A stretch of 60,396 nucleotides of DNA, filler included, from Basidiobolus ranarum (Eukaryota): the NCBI GenBank assembly GCA_040143965.1. It is 4 parts of 4 records of this genome, joined end to end, with 100 filler letters (N's around TTAATTAATTAA, not from the genome) between each part and the next. Parts side by side here need not be neighbours in the genome. Positions count along the whole stretch, not along the records: positions 15,160 to 30,185 come from JASJQH010000397.1; positions 30,286 to 45,292 come from JASJQH010000398.1; 2 more parts are not named here. One strand, given 5' to 3'. Below are positions 24,000 through 34,266 of this stretch, piece by piece. Position 1 is the stretch's first letter. Each line of letters begins with the position of its first letter. The notes beneath the pieces were generated by a model. That model made no database searches, was not told the DNA's origin, and saw only the letters and a program-made list of their open reading frames with translations. The position numbers and the translations under genes were made by a program.

Positions 24000-24143
24000 A
24001 TGGATCAAATATACACTACACCAGAAGCTTGCACCGAAAAGGCCAAGAACGCAAGCACCTTGGTAATTCAAGAATATCATCAAGCCCTGTGCCTCCGATA
24101 TAGATATTTCCTACTAAAGTGTATGGTTGCTGACTCTACATAG
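24000..24143 (+). CDS. YH-YRY microprotein D (47 aa)
   Basis: MDQIYTTPEACTEKAKNASTLVIQEYHQALCLRYRYFLLKCMVADST*. Context CACATGG. TATAAAA at 23901-23907. Confidence 0.78.
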   Translation: MDQIYTTPEACTEKAKNASTLVIQEYHQALCLRYRYFLLKCMVADST

Positions 24144-25569
24144 CACTCTCAATAATCGGAGCATATATCATAGTGACCGATGTAAATATATGGACTTTGT
24201 GGTATCAAAGTGAAATTAATTCATAATAAACCCCCTGTTAAATAAACCTTACTCGACCAGTAAAATACTTTCAATTGACGGAAGATAAGTCATCATGAAA
24301 TGAAAGCCGAGTTCTGGGGGAAAGTGAGCAAATATGCTGTAGTGGTTTTTGACCTTTGAATCACATCAATATGTGGAATTCCTATTGCTTGCTTGTAAAC
24401 TTTATTGGAGCAAGTAGTTGATTGCCAACCATTGCTAAGGTGCATGGTTAACTAATAAAATGAGAAATCTACTAATTGCCATTGATGTTAATTCGATGGT
24501 AGTGATGAAGCATTATTTCTATTCAAGATATGATATTCTTTATACCATGTAGTTTATACCTCTAGCAATTCTCCCCCATATTAATTGCGTATTTTCATCA
24601 ACATTTCAACCGATATCAAATCATCAAAAACTCACCATAACCTACAAACACTAATTGGATGCTTATTAGTAGTGTTACAAATTGATGTTGATTTAGAAAT
24701 ACTTGAATAGCTTGGTCTTCATGTTCTATCTAAGTAGTCTTATATTAATTGAAAATTGAGATTCAAGCTTCATACTACAGAGTTCAAGCCCATTTCACCC
24801 TCCCAAACAGTCACCAAAGATGAGGAATAGTGATTTGGAGGGAGAATATTATGTGAATTTTCATCAAGATAAATATATCCATGATAAATTAACTAAAAAT
24901 AGCGCGATTAATGATTGGTAGGTGTCGCTTTCTACTCTAAAATACATATGAATTGATATATGTTTAAAATAGGATCAACCAATCATAACCCTAGATTCCA
25001 GTGATTTCACTCACTGATAAATCGAGTAAAGTACACGTGTACTTGAAGTTTAAACCTTCATTTGATTCCTAGAATGGATAATTCATTGAAAAAATATCCA
25101 TCATTTGGGTTTATGTTTAACGATATAATATACGTATATATATTGAATCGAGAAAGTCTTGGTAACAATGAAATGTAAAGAGCTAAACGGGAGGAAGAGG
25201 ATTGAAAACAAAGCCAAGAATGAATGTTGCATGAGAAGAGGGTGAAGATTATATACTTTTTAAAGAAGAAAATATCGGACATCATAATCACAAACTGAAG
25301 CCCTCTCAATTTTCTATGGACCGACGTCGATTATTTCATTTCATTTTGTTTCGCTGCGCTGCGTTGCATGGCGTGGCGTTTTTTGTCTGCATGTTGAAGT
25401 GGTGCGGTTAACGGGAATTCATATGGTAGATGATATGTTAAAATGACCAAAGTAACTATAAAAAGTAGGTTGATGTCAAGGTTGGGTAGTAGAGTCGAGT
25501 AAGGGAAATTTCATTAATAATGTTAATTGGAATAAGGAAGAAACTAGAAAGATAAGGATGAATGTTCTT

Positions 25570-26316
25570 TCATAGCGTTATTAAACTTGATGTTTCTGCG
25601 GCCTCTTGGATCAACTTTGGTTCCAGACCAAGTACCTCCCGCCAAGGTTTGGAAGTTTGTCGGTCCGTTAACGGATTCTGGAGTAAATGACAACTTTGGG
25701 AGATTGCCACTCCCGCAAGTACTTTCGATGAATACAGTAAACACAACGGACTTCGTACAAAATCGCTGACAATTCTGGTCGCTAACAATGAGTGCTTTTG
25801 CGTGGCTCCACACCGCTTCAATGCCTCAAAGAGATATCGATGAGGTAAATCCAAGTGCAGATCGAAACAGAGCGTTTCCAAAAGAATCTCTTCATGGTAA
25901 TAAATCGTCTCTTTCCACCGTCTTATATTTTCACTCAAATTCTCTGTCTTGTGACGATCGGCGGATTTCGAAGATACCATAGTACACTCTTGAAACAATC
26001 GAGATATTTGTTTCGCTATTTCCTCAGGGTAGTAGCTGAGAAAGTCTTCTTCCTCTTTAATGGCCACAAATAGACAAGTTCCGGCCAGATCATATTGATG
26101 GAATACCCGGAAGCTCTGTCGCATGTAAAATCGATGAAAATATAGCCCAGCTGCATATATTGTTGTCGGTAAAAGTTGTAGATTATGCCCAACTTTGACA
26201 ATAAAGTTGACACCTTTCTGTCGTAACCGTTGCTCCTTTTCCCAGGTAGAACCATCACGTATTGAAGGAGTATGCGCCAAATCGTCTTGAGTGAATGTCC
26301 AATCGTTAAGCTCCAT
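25570..26316 (-). CDS. Transcriptional cyclin (cyclin K/T, Pch1-like), intronless
   Basis: WTFTQDDLAHTPSIRDG...E..LRQKGVNFI...TIYAAGLYFHRFYMRQSF...LFVAIKEEE...EEILLETLCFDL; first ATG at 26316. Confidence 0.88.
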   Translation of the reverse strand: MELNDWTFTQDDLAHTPSIRDGSTWEKEQRLRQKGVNFIVKVGHNLQLLPTTIYAAGLYFHRFYMRQSFRVFHQYDLAGTCLFVAIKEEEDFLSYYPEEIAKQISRLFQECTMVSSKSADRHKTENLSENIRRWKETIYYHEEILLETLCFDLHLDLPHRYLFEALKRCGATQKHSLLATRIVSDFVRSPLCLLYSSKVLAGVAISQSCHLLQNPLTDRQTSKPWREVLGLEPKLIQEAAETSSLITL

Positions 26317-27757
26317 GTTAAACGATAAAAACAACCGAGGGAAAAATAACAGAAAGTATAAAGAGAGGGAAGGGGAGAGATAACTAAGTCTAGGGTGAAA
26401 ATCACTGAAATATTCAAAAAGCCAAGTCTATATTCTCTTGGAAAGAAAGTGGGTTATACTCAAGGAAGTATTTTTGGAAAGTTGGTTTGATTTTTTCAGC
26501 AGTTATAGCGTTTTGAATGTGGTTTAAACTGCTTGTTATAGAACTGCTACAAGCTGTGTGCTTTTTCTGGTTTTTTCTTTTTTTTGGAATAAAAAGAAAG
26601 TGGTTGAAAGGAAAACTAAACGAATAAAAAACGTAAGAAAGCTTATAATACAATAAACTTACACTAGACTTCTGATGCTAGAAAGTTGACCACTGGCTTA
26701 CTTTAGAGCTGGATACAACAAGTGAGTGTGTGTTGGTCGTTATTTGACTCGGTAAAATAATAATATAAAAGACAAAGAAAGACGGGACAATATACAAAAA
26801 GAAAGCAATTTGAACTGAGGGAATAGACTAAGCAACTCAACTGCAAAGAAAGGAAAACTACAAACAAAAAGTCGAAGGAAGTGAAAGGGTTTTGAAATCA
26901 AGGTAAATTTATCGGCAAAAAGTTCAATATTAGTCGAAAAAGTTCAACCAGCAAGTAAACTTGAGTAAGGTGGATGTGGTTGAGAGAAGGTAAATATCGG
27001 AATATTCGACCGAAACTAGACCAAATCTTACTTATCAAAAATCCAAGCTTCGCATGCAAAACGTTAGAAACGTTTTGATGTTTTGTATTCCTCTTCTGGG
27101 ATAAAAGAGTAGTCGAGACGCACAATTAAGATTGTCTACTTCTCTATGAAAGGTTAAGTGTATGATTATTGACTTTCTTCCCGAAAAGAGTTTCGTTCAG
27201 TTAAACCTGAGTCAAGAGAAACAGACGAAAGTTAAATGATAAACTGATATTGGTTCCTTGGATAATGAAAATTGTAAAAGAAAACTATGATCGTGAAAGA
27301 ATATATTATCACATTTAATGATTTGTCGATAATACTCTACCAAACAGAGCCCAATAATGTATTATCAGCAGCAAATCGTCATCGTTGAAATGTCGGCAGA
27401 ACAGCTGAATTTTTCCAGATGGAGCGTAACAGGATCCAGACATATTCATAGCACAAACAAATCAATAGGATTGTGATAAGAGTGTAAGGAATACTCTGAA
27501 GCAATTGGACACGGCTTGCCTCAATGTCTCATAAAGTCTATAAATGGAGAGATGAATACAATATTTAACCAATAATAACACTTGTAAATATCGAGAATTA
27601 ATTTTGGAGAGGCTATCGTTTCTTGTGGTTAGCCCTTCATTGATTCGATCACTATTTTTATTAATTTAGTTAATTAAAACTAGCATTGACGGTTGGTGGG
27701 TAAAGTTATGCAATCAATGAAAAATATGGAATTCAATAATTTGTCTACATCGCAACC

Positions 27758-27802
27758 ATCTATTGGCCGAAGTGTCTGATCTATGGGCCGAAGTGTCTGA
27801 TC
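27758..27802. repeat. 21-bp tandem duplication
   Basis: ATCTATTGGCCGAAGTGTCTG ATCTATGGGCCGAAGTGTCTG ATC. Confidence 0.8.
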
Positions 27803-29056
27803 ACAATCGGCCAGCACAACAGGCCGAATTTGGATCGACAAACAGCAGCCAAAGAAGTCTCCGCGGTAATTACCTCCAGTAATTTATCCGATCGCCCTCA
27901 ATGGTACAGCTACTAGTTCCAATTTTTATTGGTTGGTCCTACTTGAAATTCAAGGATAATCTCTGTTTTGGGTTTAATCTATCATTATGGTAAGAATTCC
28001 GATAGTCACGAAACCTTATGTATAGCATGTCCTACACATTCAGTTATCGTTCATTGATTCATATACAATCGTTGTATCGCAGGCCCAGTATTTTTAATAC
28101 CTATGATTCCCAATATACCAGAATTGGTATACTATCTTTGATAAGGCTTCCATTATCCGATTGTAGATTGTATTAGGGCTATTATGAAATAGCTATATAT
28201 CTACTTGAGATTTTGTAATTGTGAGGCTACATACGAGATTCTAAACGGTGATTACATATATATGTATAATAAAATAGTATTATAAAGCCAACTTTGAAGA
28301 AACACAAGTCTGAATGGCTCATCAACCACATTAACATTATGTACAACTTCCGGATTGATCATTATCACAGATGGAGGGGCCAAATCAGGTTGTAAATAAC
28401 CCGAACACAAAGGTCAAGTTAATCTTTTCTTACCAATTATCAAGTTGCGATTGATAACCTAGTTGATAGCGCGGATGCTCCATATCGTTAGGTTATTGAA
28501 GGCGACGAGATCGATTCACACCAAGAGCCTTTTTTCATTTATTTGATTTGACCGAATTCCCGGATTCCGCCCAATATCCGTAGCACATGGGACCCTTGGA
28601 AAGTGACGCTGCAAACCCTGATAATCTCATGGGGTCTTACTGGTTTATCTTATTAAAATTTTTCATTGGTTCATATCGATATCTTTTTTGAAAGTTGTCC
28701 AATCAAAGACAAATGTTTCATCCTTTTGCCGAATACTCCACTCCAATTTAGAATGTGTTGCATGGTGGGGCTTGAGCGACTGGGGTCGGAGGTGAGTGAT
28801 GGACCTCAGTTGCACAAAGGAAAAAAAGTTTGGCAGAGTGCCAGTTGTATAAATATGGGACGATGGTTGCTGGATCGGTTTAGACTTTGCAAATTCCACC
28901 TTGCAACGCAGTCACTTTCGCCTTACCTTACCAGTCTATTATTATAGATTCAAAATTCAATTTATATTATACATTCATATCTTGTAGATAAAAAATCAAA
29001 AATTACACTCATCAAGAGCATCTGTTAATCCGCACATCTCTAAAGAAACTGCTACC

Positions 29057-30185
29057 ATGTCCGCTGAACACACCACTGAAATTATCAACAAGAACCTCCT
29101 TGTGACTCCTGAGCAGCACATTGTCCCAATGTCCCCTAGACTTCCTTGTCCACCGGTTACCGCTCCCTCTTCTTGTGAACAAGACTCCGTGATTGCTACT
29201 TTGTTCCTTAAGGATGGATCCAGCTTCCAAGGTATCTCTTTCGGTGCTGAAACCCATTCCATCTCGGGAGAATGCGTATTTCAAACCGGTAAGTTCCCCA
29301 TCTGTCATTTTAATTTTACCATCTTTGACCTTAGTGTTGACATGTTTATCAATCATAGGTATGGTCGGGTATCCCGAGTCTTTGACTGATCCTTCATACC
29401 GTGGACAAATCCTCGTCGTTACCTATCCCTTGATTGGTAACTATGGTGTTCCTTCTCGCGAAGTTGTTGAAGAACACTTGAACAATTTACCCAAGTACTT
29501 TGAATCCAATGAGATCCACGTTGCTGGTCTTATCGTTGGCCAATACACCGAGGAATATTCTCACTATCTTGCTACCTCTTCTTTGGGCGATTGGTTAAAG
29601 GAGAACGACGTTCCTGCCATTTATGGTATCGACACCCGTGCCTTAACCAAGAAGATCCGTCAGCAAGGTGTTTTGTTAGGAAAAATGCTATTCCCCAAGT
29701 CAGTCGTTGAAAGAGATGCTGCTTTGGGAATTCAAGTACCTACCGGAGAATTGGAAGAGCCTTGGATGAAAGACTACCAAAATGTTGATTGGGTTGATCC
29801 TAATGACCGTAACTTAGTCGCTGAAGTCTCAACCAAGAAACTTCAACTTTATGTTCCTCAAGAGGCTACTGCTATCAAGAAGGCTGATGGAAAAACCATT
29901 CGTATTCTTGCTCTTGATGTTGGTATGAAGTATAACCAAATTCGTTGCTTCGTCAACCGTGGTGTTGAATTGATGGTTGCTCCATGGGATTATGATTTCC
30001 TTGCTGATACCGAGTATGATGGTCTTTTCATCTCCAACGGTCCCGGTGATCCAACCATGGTTAAAGAGACCATTGATCGTCTCAGCGTTTATTTGAAAAA
30101 CCCTCGTACCCCAGTCTTCGGTATTTGTTTAGGTCACCAGCTTACTGCATTGGCTTCCGGTGCCAAAACCATTAAGATGAAGTAT
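29057..30185 (+). CDS. URA2: URA2/CAD-type multifunctional pyrimidine synthesis protein, N-terminal glutaminase (CPSase small chain) part; intron 29289-29358; truncated by contig end
   Basis: FQTG|MVGYPESLTDPSYRGQIL, FESNEIHVAGL, YSHYLATSSLG, GIDTRALTK, SNGPGDP, FGICLGHQ. No mitochondrial presequence, which favours URA2 over CPA1/arg-2. Confidence 0.88.
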
Positions 30186-30285
30186 NNNNNNNNNNNNNNN
30201 NNNNNNNNNNNNNNNNNNNNNNNNNNNNNTTAATTAATTAANNNNNNNNNNNNNNNNNNNNNNNNNNNNNNNNNNNNNNNNNNNN
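30186..30285. other. Artificial contig linker
   Basis: 100-nt N/TTAATTAATTAA spacer. Confidence 0.98.
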
Positions 30286-30948
30286 AAGACTTGCTCGCTT
30301 TCAACCTCCGTATTAAAATGCTTGATCAGGTCTGCCAAATCATTGGAGTCCTTCTCTGCTTTCTTGCAGGATGATTTTACAGGATCAAGAGCGGATGGTT
30401 TTGCAGCTTTCGGCAACCCGCTTCGAAAACACAAAGAGAGTCTTATGAATCTAACTATAGATATTGACGCAGAATATGAATGCGGTTGGGCTTGGAGTGT
30501 ACCAGCAATCGGGTCACTAAAAGAGTTTAAGAAGCTATATGAAGTTCAAACAGCGGGACCAGTACTCTTTCCCGAAATCGAAATCAAATATCCCGGAAAT
30601 AAGAGGTCTCCACACCCGGTGTCGTTCTACAAAGATCTTCTTCCTTCTTCTCTGGAGAGAATAATTTTCACTTCAATGTCGCCCTCAACTCAGGCTCATA
30701 TATTGGCGTTGGGAATTTTCGCGTCTGATCTAAAAAGCGATACTTGTCCGGAGCTTGAGCTTGTGAAATTAACTACTGATGAATGGGCTACTTGCGAAGG
30801 GCCTGAAGAAAGAGATACTGAAGAAGAAGAATTTATGCATGAAGGATTTAGAGCGGCAGGTGTTAGGTTTAAAAGCGCTCCTTATGTTCGTGCTGGTTAC
30901 GATCCATGGGGCGACGAAGCAATGAGAGAATATCAGTCGTCGCTTTGA
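30286..30948 (+). CDS. 3' part of a hypothetical protein (LRR-like; resembles C-termini of fungal F-box-type proteins)
   Basis: Open frame from the contig start, about 220 codons, with HKESLMNLTID, IGSLKEFKKL and LLPSSLERI. The family assignment is an impression only. Confidence 0.55.
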   Translation, partial: KTCSLSTSVLKCLIRSAKSLESFSAFLQDDFTGSRADGFAAFGNPLRKHKESLMNLTIDIDAEYECGWAWSVPAIGSLKEFKKLYEVQTAGPVLFPEIEIKYPGNKRSPHPVSFYKDLLPSSLERIIFTSMSPSTQAHILALGIFASDLKSDTCPELELVKLTTDEWATCEGPEERDTEEEEFMHEGFRAAGVRFKSAPYVRAGYDPWGDEAMREYQSSL

Positions 30949-32129
30949 CCGTCAAGTGAGACGCGCAAAAAGGGAAATGGGTTATTAATGATAGGTCGCT
31001 AATCTTATATCTATTATATATAGTTATTTTATTCATATGTACAATTGCAATCTTAGTCATATGGCTAATCATTTTCATCTGATCATGCCTTACTGATGTG
31101 GCGTGGGCTATCGTTGTTTTTTTACCATCAATTTAGACCGAAAAAAGTACAAGTTTAGTTACTCTGCTGATATGGTTAATCATATTTGGCCAATATGCGA
31201 AGCATACTTTGCAGTTTGTGATGTGTAACAAACCTCCTGGAAGAATTAACTAGAACCCTTTGTGATTAGCTATATAGGTGCTGCTAAACTGGACACTAAG
31301 TATTAATACATAGATTTCATTGGCATACATTTATATGCTTTAACAATTACAGTCAGGTGTAAACGTAAGTTTGTAAGAAAGAGTGGAATTGGACTGAATG
31401 ATGCTAGAACTCCTTGAATGTATCTTATACCATTAATCCCATCTAGAGAAGGATAAGTAATTTAAAGCAACTAGTTAATGAGCTTGACTAGTGCCAGTTA
31501 CTGTAAATATGGTTGGAATATCCTAAGGTAAATCTTCAGAATGACCAGAGTTCTATCAAACCAAAACTAAGAGCTATAATAATCCGCAGGTAGTGTTGGA
31601 GCAACCTCCATGCCGCCCTCAGTTTCTTGTGGCACTTCATACACTCCTGGTGTAATATTACTATCATCATTTGATCCAGAATTCACAACTTCACCCTGGT
31701 CAGTTTCTACACCACTACCTTCAACTTCAAAGCTAGGACCGGACTGAAACTGTACGTCAGAATTTTCTCAGCCGTTGAGCCGTTGACGTTCGTATTGTTC
31801 AAGTTACTATGTGTACACTCATTTATATATATTAGCAAAGACCAGTATATCGAGCTTACAGCACTGAGTTATTGACCAAGTCGTATCAACTATTTATTTA
31901 TTAACATGGAGACTGATTTTATACAAAATAACTTGTCTTATGCTTATTCAAGTATATTACTCAACGAATGCACACAGGAATGGCACAACTTCACGTAGAA
32001 ACTATTTTCATTGTCGGTAGTAAAAGCGAATCTGAATGTAAATGAATTTGCTTAACACTTCAAATTATGAGATTTTATCAATGTAACATTATATAGAAAT
32101 AGCATACAGTTATGCCTATGTAGGAAGTC

Positions 32130-32460
32130 TGGTTGTAGATTAGGTTACGTCGTTAGTCTCGGTAGACATCTAGGCATTCTGAGTCCGAGTAGATTTGTGA
32201 GCTTCGTGAGTCTCGGTAGGTATGTGAGTTTCCTGAGCCTTTACAGATCTGGGAGTGGCATTAGTCTCATACTTGCAAGCATCCTTAGTTTCAGTAGGCT
32301 TCTGAGCATTTTGAGCTCAGGGGTTACGTTATTACAGGACAATACCTTCCTTAGAAGCTCCGTTGCAGGACAGTTGTATGCTTTTGAACATGCGTTACCG
32401 GACAATACCATGATTTCAAGCTGCGTTACATGATAATACCATGTTTACAAGCTGCATACC
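32130..32460 (-). pseudogene. Decayed repetitive coding sequence (Thr/Glu/His-rich repeats)
   Basis: Minus frame AQNAQKPTETKDA...AQETHIPTETHEAHKSTRTQNA*MSTETND with internal stops; imperfect GACAATACC-containing repeats. Confidence 0.3.
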
Positions 32461-32967
32461 AAGTAACACCATATTTATACACACTAAAACCACTATATAA
32501 CTGGTATCGAAATGGTAGATTTTTTGATATTATATCGTCAGCTTTTACAACAAATACTGCTGCATTGCATCTAAATTCAATTCTTTGTTGATTTCTGCCA
32601 ATGATTCAATCTCTTTCACTAAACAAGAAAATGTGAATTGAGATTAGATACATTTTGTTACTTTTGATTATAGCATCATGTATTTTACTTATGTTTGAAT
32701 AAGGTATTACTTATCTGGCCCATATATGCCCAGGACTCAACATTATGCAGAATCAATATTTGGAGAATAAAAGCAAAAATTAAACAAGAAAAGAAAGAAA
32801 TATCTGAACTCACATCAAGCATCACTAAATACTTGGTCCCAGACTTAATCTGAGTGTCGACTCTTAGTTAATTGGGCAAGAAAGTTTACTAAGTGCTTAT
32901 GTTCGTGAATACATATAGAAAGTAGCTATTCTTTGAAGACATTGACAGTTTTTTTTCTTTAATCCTA

Positions 32968-34266
32968 TTACGCAATTGGGTCAACAGGATTGATTCTATC
33001 AACAATTAAGGGATCTTTGGGAGTGAACGGTAGAATAGGCAGATTCTGCGAAGCGATATCAAAGGCGGCCGTAAGTGTATCTCGAGAATAACCGCTGATA
33101 GACGCTTTGTAGCCAATATCTCCGGGGGTGTTTTGATCGAAGAAAATCAGGAAGTGGATATCCCCTTGTCCAATGTTCTCAATATGATGTGGATAAGCCT
33201 TGGGAATAAAGTATACATCTCCAGTCTGGAGTAGATATGTATCTAAATCTCCACCAGGGTTCATGACCGTCATCCGTGCACTACCTTGTGCAACATAACC
33301 CATTTCGGCCGTGGTAGGGTGCCAATGCGGTTCTCGCATCCCTTTATCGGTAACTCGTACTGAGTACATGGAAATATCGTTCAATATGGGCCAGAATTGC
33401 TTACGTGCAGTTTTCGCCGACCCAGCAAGTGATGATATTGGCGCTGCCATAGCCTCAATGTCGAACTTGTGGGGATTTCCCCATCGTGCCTCAGTAGGGA
33501 TGGATGCAACAGACTGGCGATGACCAATCACTGTGTCATGTGTTGTTCGGTTAAATGGTTGGAAGGATTTTGCTGGCAGGTTGTAGGTGTTACCTAACAC
33601 TGCGTCTGACATGGCTCCAAATGCACCAGATAAACCAAAATCTTCAGGCTTTTCATGAGTAAAAGCAAGAATAACTTCCGCATCCTCCTCTCCGATGTTT
33701 TCGAGGTGGTGTAGAGCTCCCGAGGGCACATAAAACATCTGGCCAACACTTACTGTGAATGTGCTAAATTTGTTTTCATTTTCAAATACGGTAACTAGTA
33801 ATTGACCGCGTAGACAGTAGGCGAGCTCGTCACTATTGGCATGCCAATGAGGCTCGCGCACACTCCCAGGCTTCAAAAGAAGATGGCGTACTGACAACCC
33901 TTTAAGAATGGGAAAATCATCCACAGTTAGAGACAAAATTCTCCCAGCGTCTGATTGAAATTTTGGCTTTTGTGATAACAAGGACACAACATGAGATGAA
34001 CTCACAATATTCCTGTTGTTATACATTCTTCGGAATCCTTTACTAGGGAAAGCATTTCTATAGGGAACTTTGGTTAAGTTTTCTTTTCTAGTTTGGTGCT
34101 TTCCAAGGCATTCACCATCACTATTTGTAACACCAGCGCACTCCTGAGGAGAATTCTGAGCCAAGTCTGCTGCAATGGAGTTTTTGATAACACCATGTGT
34201 ACTGGCACCCTGAGCCACGATGACTGATGTAAAGGCCGTTAAAGCGAGAGATATAGAAAGTTTCAT
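32968..34266 (-). CDS. Secreted oxalate-decarboxylase-like bicupin
   Basis: Two cupin metal sites, REPHWHANSDE...HHLEN and REPHWHPTTAE...HHIEN. Signal peptide MKLSISLALTAFTSVIVAQG. TATA at about 34303-34310 favours ATG 34266. Intronless. Confidence 0.88.
   Translation of the reverse strand: MKLSISLALTAFTSVIVAQGASTHGVIKNSIAADLAQNSPQECAGVTNSDGECLGKHQTRKENLTKVPYRNAFPSKGFRRMYNNRNIVSSSHVVSLLSQKPKFQSDAGRILSLTVDDFPILKGLSVRHLLLKPGSVREPHWHANSDELAYCLRGQLLVTVFENENKFSTFTVSVGQMFYVPSGALHHLENIGEEDAEVILAFTHEKPEDFGLSGAFGAMSDAVLGNTYNLPAKSFQPFNRTTHDTVIGHRQSVASIPTEARWGNPHKFDIEAMAAPISSLAGSAKTARKQFWPILNDISMYSVRVTDKGMREPHWHPTTAEMGYVAQGSARMTVMNPGGDLDTYLLQTGDVYFIPKAYPHHIENIGQGDIHFLIFFDQNTPGDIGYKASISGYSRDTLTAAFDIASQNLPILPFTPKDPLIVDRINPVDPIA

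Noticed and set aside
17153-24143. Microproteins as CAAX pheromones, eIF4E-binding peptides or LYR proteins
   Set aside because: No CAAX or signal peptide. YxxxxL-phi fits only one of the four. The LYR resemblance is limited to YR and lacks the rest of the domain.
28980-29056. Possible arginine-attenuator uORF before the CPSase gene
   Set aside because: No ATG in the leader, and the gene looks like URA2 rather than CPA1/arg-2.
31567-31760. Acidic minus-strand exon-like frame (FQSGPSFEVEG...PADYYSS*)
   Set aside because: No start codon or upstream exon could be linked; left as an unassigned remnant.
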